Part shown: positions 54,689 to 64,000 of the stretch, piece after piece
Layout: each line of letters opens with the position of its first letter
Position numbering within the stretch: the stretch's first letter is position 1
IMG/VR virus record: IMGVR_UViG_3300031087_000014
Strand: one strand, 5' to 3'
Source: a virus
DNA: 64,000 nucleotides
Program-made: the position numbers and the translations under genes
The notes under the pieces: generated by a model
Database searches by the model: none
Told to the model about the DNA's origin: nothing
The model's input: only the letters and a program-made list of their open reading frames with translations

Positions 54689-55702
54689 ATGAAGACAATC
54701 GTTAAAATGTTATTCGGTAGTAAGCTTTATGGTACAGACACACCTGAATCAGACACCGATTATAAAGAAATCTTTGTCCCTAGTGCTGAAAGTATCCTGC
54801 TCGGCACAATGAAAAATCATATGAGCTACAACACAGGTAGTGACGAAGTGAAAAATAGCGCAGAGGATATCGACTACGAGCTATTCAGCCTGCGTTACTT
54901 CATCAACTTGGGTATTGAGGGTGAAACATTGGCACTAGATATGATTCACGCGCCTATGGACAAGGTAGTTAAGTCTGATCTCCCTGCTGTATGGGCCGAA
55001 CTACAGGCAAACCGCTCTCAGTTCTACTCTACGGATATGAAATCCTATCTGGGTTATGTTCGTAAGCAGGCTGGAAAGTATGGTGTTAAAGGTAGTCGTA
55101 TGGCTTGTCTGCGTCAGGTGATGGAGGCATTAGAAGCGGCTCCGGCACAATCTCCAGATCCTAAGTATAATGGTGAACGTATGCGTAAAACCCGAGTTGG
55201 TGATATCGCACACACTTTACCCCTGAATGAATTCTGCGAGTGGATCACAGATGAAAACCAGCGTTCAGGCTTCCAGGACTTTTACGTAGTGTTGGCACGT
55301 AAGTTCCAAACCAGCGTTTCTGTGGAGGAGATGCAGAAGTCTTTGCAGAAAACGTGGGAAGAGTATGGTCATCGTGCTCGACAAGCTGAACTGAATGAAG
55401 GCATCGACTTTAAAGCACTCAGTCACGCGCTGCGGGGCGGCTTACAACTGAAAGAGATTTACTCTACAGGTGATCTGGTGTATCCTTTGAAGGATCGAGA
55501 ATACCTGATGCAGGTGAAAGCAGGTAGTGTCCCGTTCAAAGAGATCCAAGAACAACTCGAAGATGTGGTCGAAGAAGTTGAAAAACTATCTTCTCAGGCA
55601 AAAAAGAATGGTATGCGAGAAAAAGCAGATCCTACTTTCTGGGATAATTTCATCCGTGATGTTTACTTGGAAGAAATCTTGAGTGTGTACGGCCCGAAAT
55701 AA
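54689..55702 (+). CDS. Pol-beta superfamily nucleotidyltransferase (RlaP-like)
   Basis: FGSKLYGTDTPESDTDYK, GY...QA.KY..KG.R, DFKALSHA.R. Confidence 0.88.
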   Translation: MKTIVKMLFGSKLYGTDTPESDTDYKEIFVPSAESILLGTMKNHMSYNTGSDEVKNSAEDIDYELFSLRYFINLGIEGETLALDMIHAPMDKVVKSDLPAVWAELQANRSQFYSTDMKSYLGYVRKQAGKYGVKGSRMACLRQVMEALEAAPAQSPDPKYNGERMRKTRVGDIAHTLPLNEFCEWITDENQRSGFQDFYVVLARKFQTSVSVEEMQKSLQKTWEEYGHRARQAELNEGIDFKALSHALRGGLQLKEIYSTGDLVYPLKDREYLMQVKAGSVPFKEIQEQLEDVVEEVEKLSSQAKKNGMREKADPTFWDNFIRDVYLEEILSVYGPK

Positions 55703-55776
55703 GGCTTGCATTGAAATAACAAACTATGATAACATCAGTTTTCTGGTGTTATCTTTTTAGAGCAAACGGAGGAACG

Positions 55777-57354
55777 ATGGAATTCACACCAACAGCACAA
55801 CAGGCGGCTTGCCTGGAGTCATTTAAGTTAAACCGCTTCACAACTATCCAAGCACGAGCAGGTACAGGCAAAACCTCTACTCTGAAACTGCTGGCTAGCA
55901 CCACATCCGATAGTATTCTGTACCTGGCTTTTAACAAGACAATGGCAGAAGAAGCGAAGAAGAAAATGCCTTATAACGTGCAGTGTCGTACTCTTCACTC
56001 TGTTTGTTATCAAGAGCTTCCTGTGGAGATGCGTCATAAGCTGACACGTCCAGAAGGTAAGTATGTGAACGTTGCTGGTACTGGTAGCGAGATCGCTAAG
56101 CGTTTCAAAATAAAGCCTTGGGCAGATAAACGTGGTAAGGTGATGATCACTGAGGCTATGTTGGGCCTGCTGGTTAAGCAGACGTTGGGTAAGTATGAGT
56201 TCTCTGATGCAGAACACATTACCCGAGATCACTTCCCTGGCGCATACGTTGAAGATTTTAAGAAGAAAGGAGTGAATATTCCTCAATTGGTGACAGACGT
56301 TATTCGTTATGCTAAGCAGTTATGGCGGGAACGTACTGATTCTACTTCTAATGTGATGATGACCCACGATACCTACGTTAAGTTGTATCAGCTTTCTGGT
56401 CGGGATCTTGGATACGACATTATCTTTGGAGACGAGTTCCAAGACGTTAACGCAGCATTCCTTTCCATCCTTAAAAATGCGAAGAGTGCAAAGCGTATCG
56501 TTGTCGTAGGAGACGAGTTCCAGAGTATCTATCAGTTCCGAGGTAGCACGAATATGATGACTGAAACATCCACTATGGGTGCAGAACTACATCTGTCGGC
56601 ATCATTCCGCTTTGGCCCTCGTGTAGGTAAACTCGCAGAAGACGTATTAAAGACTACTGCTACTGGTAATGTAGAGGTGGAAGGTAAGGGCTTTAATACC
56701 GAAGTGGGTAGTGGGTATAGCTCTTTTGTGGATACCAGTAAGCCCTATACAATGATTTTCCGTAAGAATATGTCTATGCTACTGGCAGCAATGGACAAAA
56801 TCGCTGACGGAGTAGAGGTTAATATGCACGTAGATACCAGAGACTTCGTTTCTATGGTGGATAGTGTGAATGCGCTTCGTCGTGGCGAGATTAATAAGGT
56901 GAAACACGAAAGTATTCTGCCTTATACAAGCTGGGAAGACTTTGTTGAGGGTGCAGAATCAGATCCTGATGCAAAACGCCTGCTTAATATCATCGTTTCT
57001 GGTAAGGCAGGAATGATTGCACAGACATTGCGTAACTATCGTCCGTCTAAAAACGCTCACGTTACCTTTGTTACTGGTCATAAGTGTAAAGGATTGGAGT
57101 TTGATCAGGTGATCTTGGCTAATGACTTCCCTTCCAACTACAATAAAGAAGGTCAGTGGGTAGGATTAGAAGATGCAGAGCGTAATTTACTGTATGTTGC
57201 TGTGACACGAGCCATTAAAGTGTTACAGTGGAACGATACAGTGCAAGAAATCCTGGATATGCAGCGCGAAAGCGCTGATTCCAAGATAGATACTGAGTTT
57301 AACTCTCTAGTTAAGTCTCAAATCAAATCATTAATGTCCGATGTGGAGGTTTAA
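55777..57354 (+). CDS. SF1 UvrD/Rep-like DNA helicase
   Basis: ARAGTGKT, LAFN, DEFQD, VGDEFQSIYQFRG, SFRFG, TGHKCKGLEFD, YVAVTRA. Confidence 0.93.
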   Translation: MEFTPTAQQAACLESFKLNRFTTIQARAGTGKTSTLKLLASTTSDSILYLAFNKTMAEEAKKKMPYNVQCRTLHSVCYQELPVEMRHKLTRPEGKYVNVAGTGSEIAKRFKIKPWADKRGKVMITEAMLGLLVKQTLGKYEFSDAEHITRDHFPGAYVEDFKKKGVNIPQLVTDVIRYAKQLWRERTDSTSNVMMTHDTYVKLYQLSGRDLGYDIIFGDEFQDVNAAFLSILKNAKSAKRIVVVGDEFQSIYQFRGSTNMMTETSTMGAELHLSASFRFGPRVGKLAEDVLKTTATGNVEVEGKGFNTEVGSGYSSFVDTSKPYTMIFRKNMSMLLAAMDKIADGVEVNMHVDTRDFVSMVDSVNALRRGEINKVKHESILPYTSWEDFVEGAESDPDAKRLLNIIVSGKAGMIAQTLRNYRPSKNAHVTFVTGHKCKGLEFDQVILANDFPSNYNKEGQWVGLEDAERNLLYVAVTRAIKVLQWNDTVQEILDMQRESADSKIDTEFNSLVKSQIKSLMSDVEV

Positions 57355-58331
57355 ATGTACGTTAGTACTGGTAATACAGAGATGCGGGAGATTTATTTAC
57401 CCGCTGTAGCGTTTCAACTACTGGTTAAAGCCGCTAGCGAAGGTATCCAGTGGACTGCCTGCCAGAATGAAGACCCTCTTCCGGCTCGTTTGCAGGGTAA
57501 ACGTGTGTTTACTCTCTTTGGGGTACGGTATGTGGAAGAAGTAGTAGCCCCTACCCTCTTTGACAAGTATACGGGTAAGCCTAATATGGTATATCCTGTA
57601 GGAGCACGATAATGGATAAGAGTGTATTGATTGCTTGGGCAGAGAAAGAGCTTCACGATCCCCATACCCAAGAGGCTATTCAGAAAGCCGTTAAATGGTT
57701 GTCTGAAAAAGGCTTCACTTGGGCAGAACACGAGGTTGAAAAAATCCTCGCCTCTCTAAAAAAGAAAGATTGATATTACTCAGGGAGTGTCGTAAGATGC
57801 TCCCACACTTAACGAGGAGGGATTATGGACTATATCGGAAAATGCTACACAGTACTGAACGACGATGAAGAGACAATGAATCAGTGGCCCGAGATTAAAT
57901 CTGGTTTCTCGTTTCAAGTGCTAAGAGCAGAAAATCGTGATGACTGTTATTTCGGCGCAACACGAATCCGTTGTTTGGATACTGATCGGGTTTTCGATGT
58001 AGATTTCCCTCTCCACGACGGAAGTGAGTCTTGGTTCTGGTGCGTGGTTGCACTTTCGGATTTGGGAGAGGTTGCTCTTAAGCCCCTTAAAGAGCGCCCA
58101 TTGAAGCAGGAGCCTCTTGGCAGAGTACATATGAGTCACTTCCAGGGTAAAGAGGTGGACATTGCCTACGCTCTCTCTGCACTAGCCTCTCAAGAAGGCT
58201 GTGACGGTGAAGAGTATGATCTGATGGAAAAGGCATCACGCTATATCCGTTATCTGGAAACACAACTTAACGCTTGACTTTAGAAGCCAAAGCAACTAAC
58301 CTAACAACACTTAAAACAAAGAGGAACCATT

Positions 58332-58784
58332 ATGAAATCTATCCTGTCTATCCTGAAAGCTGATCGTATCTGTGCTCGTGCTGATAAAGATCACGATAAG
58401 TTTGCAACCCTGACACTGGTTATTGGTGAATATGATGTGGCAAAAGCGTTGAAGAAAAACCTGACTCGTGACGAGAATGACGTTGTTATCGATGTGATTC
58501 AGGCATATGTCACTAAGGTGAATGCCAGCATTGAAGAGTTCAAGAAGTTGGGACTAGCTAAAGATGTTGCTCGTGCAGAGCGTGATCTTATCCTGCTGGA
58601 CAACTACTTGCCGGAGCCTCCAGTTCAGTTTACTGTCGAAGAACTGGAAGAAATGGCAGAAGAATTTAATTCCGAAGGGAAGAAGTTTGGTGACTTTATG
58701 AACTTCCTGCGTACTGAACATAAAGGCGAGTTTGACGGTGCAGTAGCCGCTCAGATTGCCAAACGTATTCTGCCAACTAAATAA
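58332..58784 (+). CDS. GatB/YqeY-domain protein
   Basis: LK.D...AR...D, E..LLD.YLP.Q, G.FM..L......FDG. Confidence 0.75.
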   Translation: MKSILSILKADRICARADKDHDKFATLTLVIGEYDVAKALKKNLTRDENDVVIDVIQAYVTKVNASIEEFKKLGLAKDVARAERDLILLDNYLPEPPVQFTVEELEEMAEEFNSEGKKFGDFMNFLRTEHKGEFDGAVAAQIAKRILPTK

Positions 58785-58794
58785 GGAGAAAAAT

Positions 58795-60193
58795 ATGCAG
58801 CATTTGAAATGTATTTCAAGCACTGAGACTAAATGGTTCAAAGAAGATGCATTGTATCCGGTTGTTGGTAAAGGTGACTGGAACAAAGTATTGGACGCAG
58901 CAACGTTCATCGTTATTGATGAAACTAATAGCAAAGTTACAGTACCTTTGAAAGGCTTTGTATGGGAGTTTGAGCTTGTGGAAGAAAAGCCTCGCGTACC
59001 TCGTGTTCGTCGCAAGCGCAAGACACCACCAAAGAAAACTACCACTACAGCACAGCTTCGTTACAAGAATGGTCAGTCATTCACCTTCCGTAACGTCAAG
59101 AATGTGAGTGTTATTGGTGGAGATCTGACGGTAATCACGAGCAAGACTATCGAAAAAGGTATCACCCAGCGTGTGATGCATAAAATCGATGCATCATTGG
59201 TACGTTCGGTTATTATGGATTCACCAAAAGGCACGGAAGAGATCTATCAAGATGTTTTTGTAGACGGTAGCTGGATGTATTACACTCCAACTCGAACTAT
59301 TATGAACAGCAAAATGCTAGAGCTACGTTTCTAATACAACAAGGGGCTTCGGCCCCTTTAGGCGGTGAGAATGCACGAGCAGTACCTACGGTGGATGCAT
59401 CAAGATATTGGTTGCATTATTCGTATGATCGGCAAAAACTATGCAGAGCTATTAGAGAATCCTAATTTCAAGCACGAAGAATTCCTTCTTATTGGAGGTT
59501 TTCAAGTGTTAGGGATTTATAAGATGCTTCTGGATAGTTGCAAAAATACTGGATCTGATATTGATATTGTCACTCATATGGACTATCATAACCAGATTCA
59601 AGATATCTATAACAAACGATGGGAGAAAAAAGATGAAAACTGATATGCGCGGTAAAAATGTTATTGCTGTTGTAGTTAATGGTATGGATCAGTGGTTAAC
59701 AGAAGGTAAGTCATATACTGTTGTTGACCAGTGTTCATCCTTATTCTACGTAATGACGGATGAAGGTTACGTTGGTGGCGCTAAGATTGAGAGATTTATC
59801 GAAGATACTGCTACCACTCCAGAAGGTAAACATATCCCTACCTTTGCTCGTGTTCACTATGCGAAGAAAGCTAAACAGGTTCGTCGTCCTAAGCAGAAAC
59901 CACCTGTACGTAAGAAGACCGATATTCTAATCACCTACGAGAACGGCGCTCAGTACGAACTGACGAACGTTATTACCGTAGCCCTAATCGGACTCGATAC
60001 CGTATTTGTAACTCAGCCTGTAGCCTCTGGCGAAGGATTTGAGACGGTTAAGACTACTAAGCTGGATGGTGTTATTGAGCTTGAACTGCTAACACCAACT
60101 GATCGTATCTTTATTGACCGCGCAGCGTCTTGCTGGGAGATCGAAGGAAACAAAGTAAGTATGTCGGCAACTAAATTTATCTGGGAGGCTTAA
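58795..60193 (+). CDS. family A paralogues (58795-59334, 59633-60193) with an intervening ORF
   Basis: SH3-like N-terminus (WF/WLTEGK.Y.VV), basic Pro-rich linker, YxNG.Q/S.Y/F..NV C-domain. Confidence 0.65.
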
Positions 60194-60549
60194 TGGAGTT
60201 ATTCGAAGGTATTTCTTCTGATACAAGCATTCATACTCGGCTGGATATTTCTTCAATCATTCAAACAAGTGTTGAGAAAGAAGATGGACGCTCACTGAAA
60301 GATATCGCCCTTTACTTAAACTCTGAATCTGGGGAAGTAGCCGATTGGCTGCTTAACCCTCAGAAGCAAAAGGAAGGACTTCTCGGGGAGTGTTCAGATG
60401 TGATTATCTGTGCCGTAGATCTGGCGTTCCAGTACCTAAGAACACAGCCAGCTTACTCCACACTGGATGATAAGTCCCTGGCTAATATTCTTTCAATTAT
60501 CCTGGAAGAAACCATCGATGAAAAGTGTGCTAAATGGGCAGGTAAATAA
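60193..60549 (+). CDS. MazG-like nucleotide pyrophosphohydrolase
   Basis: L.SESGEVA...GECSDVIICA.DL (ExxE...ExxD), K..KW. Confidence 0.75.
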   Translation: MELFEGISSDTSIHTRLDISSIIQTSVEKEDGRSLKDIALYLNSESGEVADWLLNPQKQKEGLLGECSDVIICAVDLAFQYLRTQPAYSTLDDKSLANILSIILEETIDEKCAKWAGK

Positions 60550-60919
60550 TGGCTGTGTTCGGTGAAATCATCATAGTGCTAGCAGGCTTGGTGATATTCT
60601 TATGGTCTGCATTCGTGGCATACTTCGTGAGTAAACTACAGCAGGTAGGGTACTTCTTCCTACTGCCGATGCTCCTCGGTGTTGTGCTTATGTGGATTGG
60701 TATTCATTATGGGCCTATTACGGTAGGTGTAGGAGGATAGTATGCAAGTAAGAGCTACAGAGTTTCGTCCGATGAATAAATTTTCACTACGTGTTATGCT
60801 GGGGAATGGCCCCAGCAAACACAAACTGGACTTCAATATTCGTAGACGTGTAAAAGGATTCAGTATTTATCGATCAATCCTTCCCTACGAACGTTTCTTA
60901 GACAACAGGACGGGCTGGT

Positions 60920-61456
60920 ATGATTGAGTACTTAGTTGGAAACCTTATCGACGAAGGTAAAAAGAACAACGTTCAAGTGATTGCTCATTGTGCAAACTGT
61001 ATGAACACAATGAAGTCAGGTATTGCACCTCAGATCGTTAAGGCATTCCCTTATGCACAGGAAGCAGATCTAGAGACTGTGCGAGGAGATAAGCAGAAGC
61101 TAGGAAGTTTCAGTGTTGGTATTGCAGAGCCAGAAGATTTTGATATCCTGGGCTACAACTGCCCAGATGTTTTCAATCTTTACGGGCAATACGGATTCAC
61201 TAAGCGTCAATTGGGCTTGCGTGATCTGGACTATGATGCTATGTTTAACTCTCTTCAAGCGATGGCCTTTAAGCTTATAGATTGGGGCGCAGAAGACTTG
61301 ATTATAGGCTTACCGGCTATTGGATGTGGCCTTGCAGGGGCTAGGTGGAGTATCGTTGAAGCTATGATCAAGGAAACTCTCTGCTTGACGGAGAACAGAA
61401 TCGTGGTATACTCCCTGACTAAAGAAGCAATGGAAAATTTAAGGAGTTATAAGTGA
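60920..61456 (+). CDS. macro domain (ADP-ribose processing) protein
   Basis: GNL, HCANC...M.SGIA, NLYGQ, LPAIGCGLAG..W. Confidence 0.9.
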   Translation: MIEYLVGNLIDEGKKNNVQVIAHCANCMNTMKSGIAPQIVKAFPYAQEADLETVRGDKQKLGSFSVGIAEPEDFDILGYNCPDVFNLYGQYGFTKRQLGLRDLDYDAMFNSLQAMAFKLIDWGAEDLIIGLPAIGCGLAGARWSIVEAMIKETLCLTENRIVVYSLTKEAMENLRSYK

Positions 61457-62643
61457 GTACTAAGTTTATAGTATCAAAGTTCCCGTATGATGATGTAACT
61501 GTTCTTGTTAGTGATGGTAAAAGTCAGACAGGATTTTATGTAGGGGATTCCGCTCAAGAGGGTGTAATCACCCTAGAAGATTTCCTGAAAGCAGTAGATG
61601 TATCTAATTGGAAAGAAGATCAGCTTAAGCTGTTCACCAGCCCTCTGTTTAAAGATACACCAACTGGTCAAGTTATTGGTGAGTTCACCATCCCCGCAAC
61701 TACTTAAGGAGTTAAAATGGAAGCTATCTTTACTGTCCTAGTGTTTTTATTCTTTATCGCAATCTCGTTTTGCATTATGCTGATCCCGAGCTTTGTTCTG
61801 ATTTGGGCTTATGACCATATCGCAGCGCAGTTTAACTGGCACGTCCTAGAACTTGGCTGGGCAAATGTAATTTGTGTTGCCGTACTGCTTGTAATCGCAC
61901 GTAGTATTTTTAAGAAAAAGTGATTGACATATAGAGAGGGTGTGATATCCTTCTCTCACTAACAAAGACAAGGAGAAAATATGGAACAGCTAGTAGATAA
62001 TGCAGACTATCAACTGATGGTAGAAGTGGGTGACAGAAAGATCAAGTTTGACTATGCTGGTCACTTCACTGTCGGTGGAAAAACTATCCTGAGTCTTATT
62101 CGTGAAGATAACATTGCCTATTTCTACCAAGGGCAAGAAGGTGTTACGCACGAAGATACGATTGATGCCCTGAATAAGATCCTGAATGAAGGCTTTACAG
62201 CCCAGGCGATGAAGTGTATCAATGTTGGTGAAGGCTTCTACGATGTAGATTGTGCTAACAACAAAGGTATTCTGCGTCTTTACTTTGAAGACAAGGGTAA
62301 TGACAACTTCAACTTCTACAAAATGGAAGTTCTGTAACTACGAGGGACGGCGTATGGTGATTATTGTTATTGTGTTTCTATTCGTCGTCCTCTTTTTGGA
62401 GGGTATTCTATGAAGGTTATGCTTAAAATTGTTATTTTTGTTTTTCTGTGTGGATTGGCGGCTATCGCTCACGCAGCAGATATCAAGCAAGAAAAGGTTT
62501 ACAACGGCGGTTTCACTCAAGCGGATGTTCTGATCATCAAAGACAAAACTCACGGCGTAATGTGCTGGGTGTTTGATGGGGGTAATAACGTTACCTCCCA
62601 ATGTCTGCCAAAGTCTCAAGTAGAAAACTTTGATAAAGATTGA
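61453..62643 (+). CDS. hypothetical, membrane and secreted small proteins
   Basis: ORFs 61453-61707, 61717-61923, 61981-62337, 62410-62643. Confidence 0.6.
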
Positions 62644-62741
62644 AAATAAAGGTTGACGAGTAAAAAGATTCTGGTAAGATGTATCACATCAAGACGAGAT
62701 AGCTAGCAAATAGGTTGCTAGTTTAATAAAGGAGAGACAAT

Positions 62742-63806
62742 ATGAACACATTTATGAAGTACTACAAAATCCCTACAATCCTCTGGGGCATCGGTATTGC
62801 ACTTGGCGGTTATATCGGTTTCGCTGAAACTGGTACTGTAGCAGGAATGATTGAAGGTTTACTGGCGGTGATTATTCTGTCTGTCCTTGAGGTTTCTCTC
62901 TCAGCAGATAACGCAGTACTTAACGCTAAGAAACTGGCGGATATGGACGAAGTGTGGAAGAAACGTTTTCTCACCTGGGGTATGTTGATTGCTGTGTTCG
63001 GTATGCGATTAGTACTTCCGATTCTGATTGTAGCAGGCTTGGGTGAAATGACCCCGTGGCACGCAGTATGGTTAGGCTTTAATGACCCTAAACAGTATGC
63101 AGATGTTCTACAGTCTAGTCATCATCTGGTAGCGAGTTTTGGTGGTGCGTTCCTGTTAATGGTTGCTCTGGGCTTCTTCCTGGATGATGAAAAAGAAACA
63201 CATTGGCTGTCTTGGATTGAAAAGCCACTAGCTAAGATTGGTGGCGGTATTACGGCGCAGGTTGGTATTACTCTTCTGGCACTGATTGTAGCAAGCTTTG
63301 GTGCGGATCAGGCAGAACGTGTAGCTTTCTTAGCTTCTGGTGCGGTTGGTGTGATTCTGTTCTTAGGCATTCACTTCCTGTCTGAGTGGCTTGAAGCAAA
63401 AGACGAAGCAATGGCAGCAGCAACTGGTGCGGTAGTTAAAGCAGGTCTGGCAGGTTTCATCTACCTTGAGATTCTGGATGCGTCTATGTCGTTTGACGGA
63501 TTAATTGCAGCATTCGCTATCACACAGTACTTCTTGGTGATTATGATTGGTCTGGGTATTGGTGCGCTGTTTGTACGTTCAATGACTCTGCACGTACTTG
63601 AGTCTGGTCAGATGGGCGAATACCGCTATATGGAGAATGGTGCTTTCTTCGCTATCCTCTGCCTGGCAGTGATTATGCTCCTGAACTTCCTGATTGAAGT
63701 TCCAGAAGTGGTAACTGGTCTGATTGGCGTAGCTTTCTTGGGTGCAGCGGTTTATCACAGCCACGTACTTAACAAGAAAGAAGCTTTAGAAGAAGCAACT
63801 GAATAA
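62742..63806 (+). CDS. DUF475/TerC-family integral membrane protein
   Basis: LEVSLSADNAVLNA, FLTWGMLIAVFGMRL, YLEILDASMSFDG, YMENGA; multiple TM helices. Confidence 0.9.
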   Translation: MNTFMKYYKIPTILWGIGIALGGYIGFAETGTVAGMIEGLLAVIILSVLEVSLSADNAVLNAKKLADMDEVWKKRFLTWGMLIAVFGMRLVLPILIVAGLGEMTPWHAVWLGFNDPKQYADVLQSSHHLVASFGGAFLLMVALGFFLDDEKETHWLSWIEKPLAKIGGGITAQVGITLLALIVASFGADQAERVAFLASGAVGVILFLGIHFLSEWLEAKDEAMAAATGAVVKAGLAGFIYLEILDASMSFDGLIAAFAITQYFLVIMIGLGIGALFVRSMTLHVLESGQMGEYRYMENGAFFAILCLAVIMLLNFLIEVPEVVTGLIGVAFLGAAVYHSHVLNKKEALEEATE

Positions 63807-63811
63807 GAATA

Positions 63812-63835
63812 GAGCCTCCTTCGGGAGGCTTTTTC
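63812..63835 (+). terminator. rho-independent terminator
   Basis: AGCCTCC-TTCG-GGAGGCT-TTT. Confidence 0.88.
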
Positions 63836-64000
63836 GTTAAAGGAGAAAATAATGTTTGCAATGTTTGCCTTATGTATCGTACTCTTGGTTCTTCCGGTGT
63901 TGGCAATATGTTTCATAGTGTCAATTATCAAAAAACTTTTATAGGACAAGAGCTTGATTATTTTATTTCTATGCTGTACAGTGTTTATATTCCTGCCATC

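Overview
This is a 64 kb segment of a large, probably lytic tailed-phage genome with dense small ORFs. No structural module, tRNA or CRISPR array is visible. The gene set includes T4-type lysozyme, PhoH, an HslV-like peptidase, a Ser/Thr phosphatase, Sir2, a macro domain, a Pol-beta nucleotidyltransferase, a UvrD-like helicase and DUF475/TerC. This resembles rV5/PVP-SE1/phiTE-like (Vequintavirinae) myoviruses, and an AmsF/WceF-like EPS hydrolase points to an Erwinia/Pantoea host (both are inferences). Layout: + strand genes 1-8.75 kb; - strand genes 8.9-22.4 kb; a 1.5 kb non-coding block; an AT-rich early/host-takeover island of promoter-plus-one-gene cassettes at 23.9-36.4 kb, containing a clear T7 Ocr homologue; a second non-coding repeat block at 36.4-37.2 kb; - strand genes 37.2-47.3 kb; + strand genes 47.4-64 kb. 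The most unusual observations are: (1) a 173-aa protein that looks stitched together from the conserved motifs of a gp41/DnaB helicase and a family-A DNA polymerase, a candidate decoy; (2) apparent complete absence of CATG; (3) promoter-driven ORF-less structured RNAs at the edge of the early island; (4) a dispersed ~70-bp bipartite element, alongside a stand-alone tyrosine recombinase; (5) clusters of GNA-triloop ssDNA hairpins; (6) several anti-defence candidates (Ocr, an acidic DNA mimic, a Tad2-like protein, an antitoxin-like tail). All family calls come from motif recognition by eye; no searches were run.
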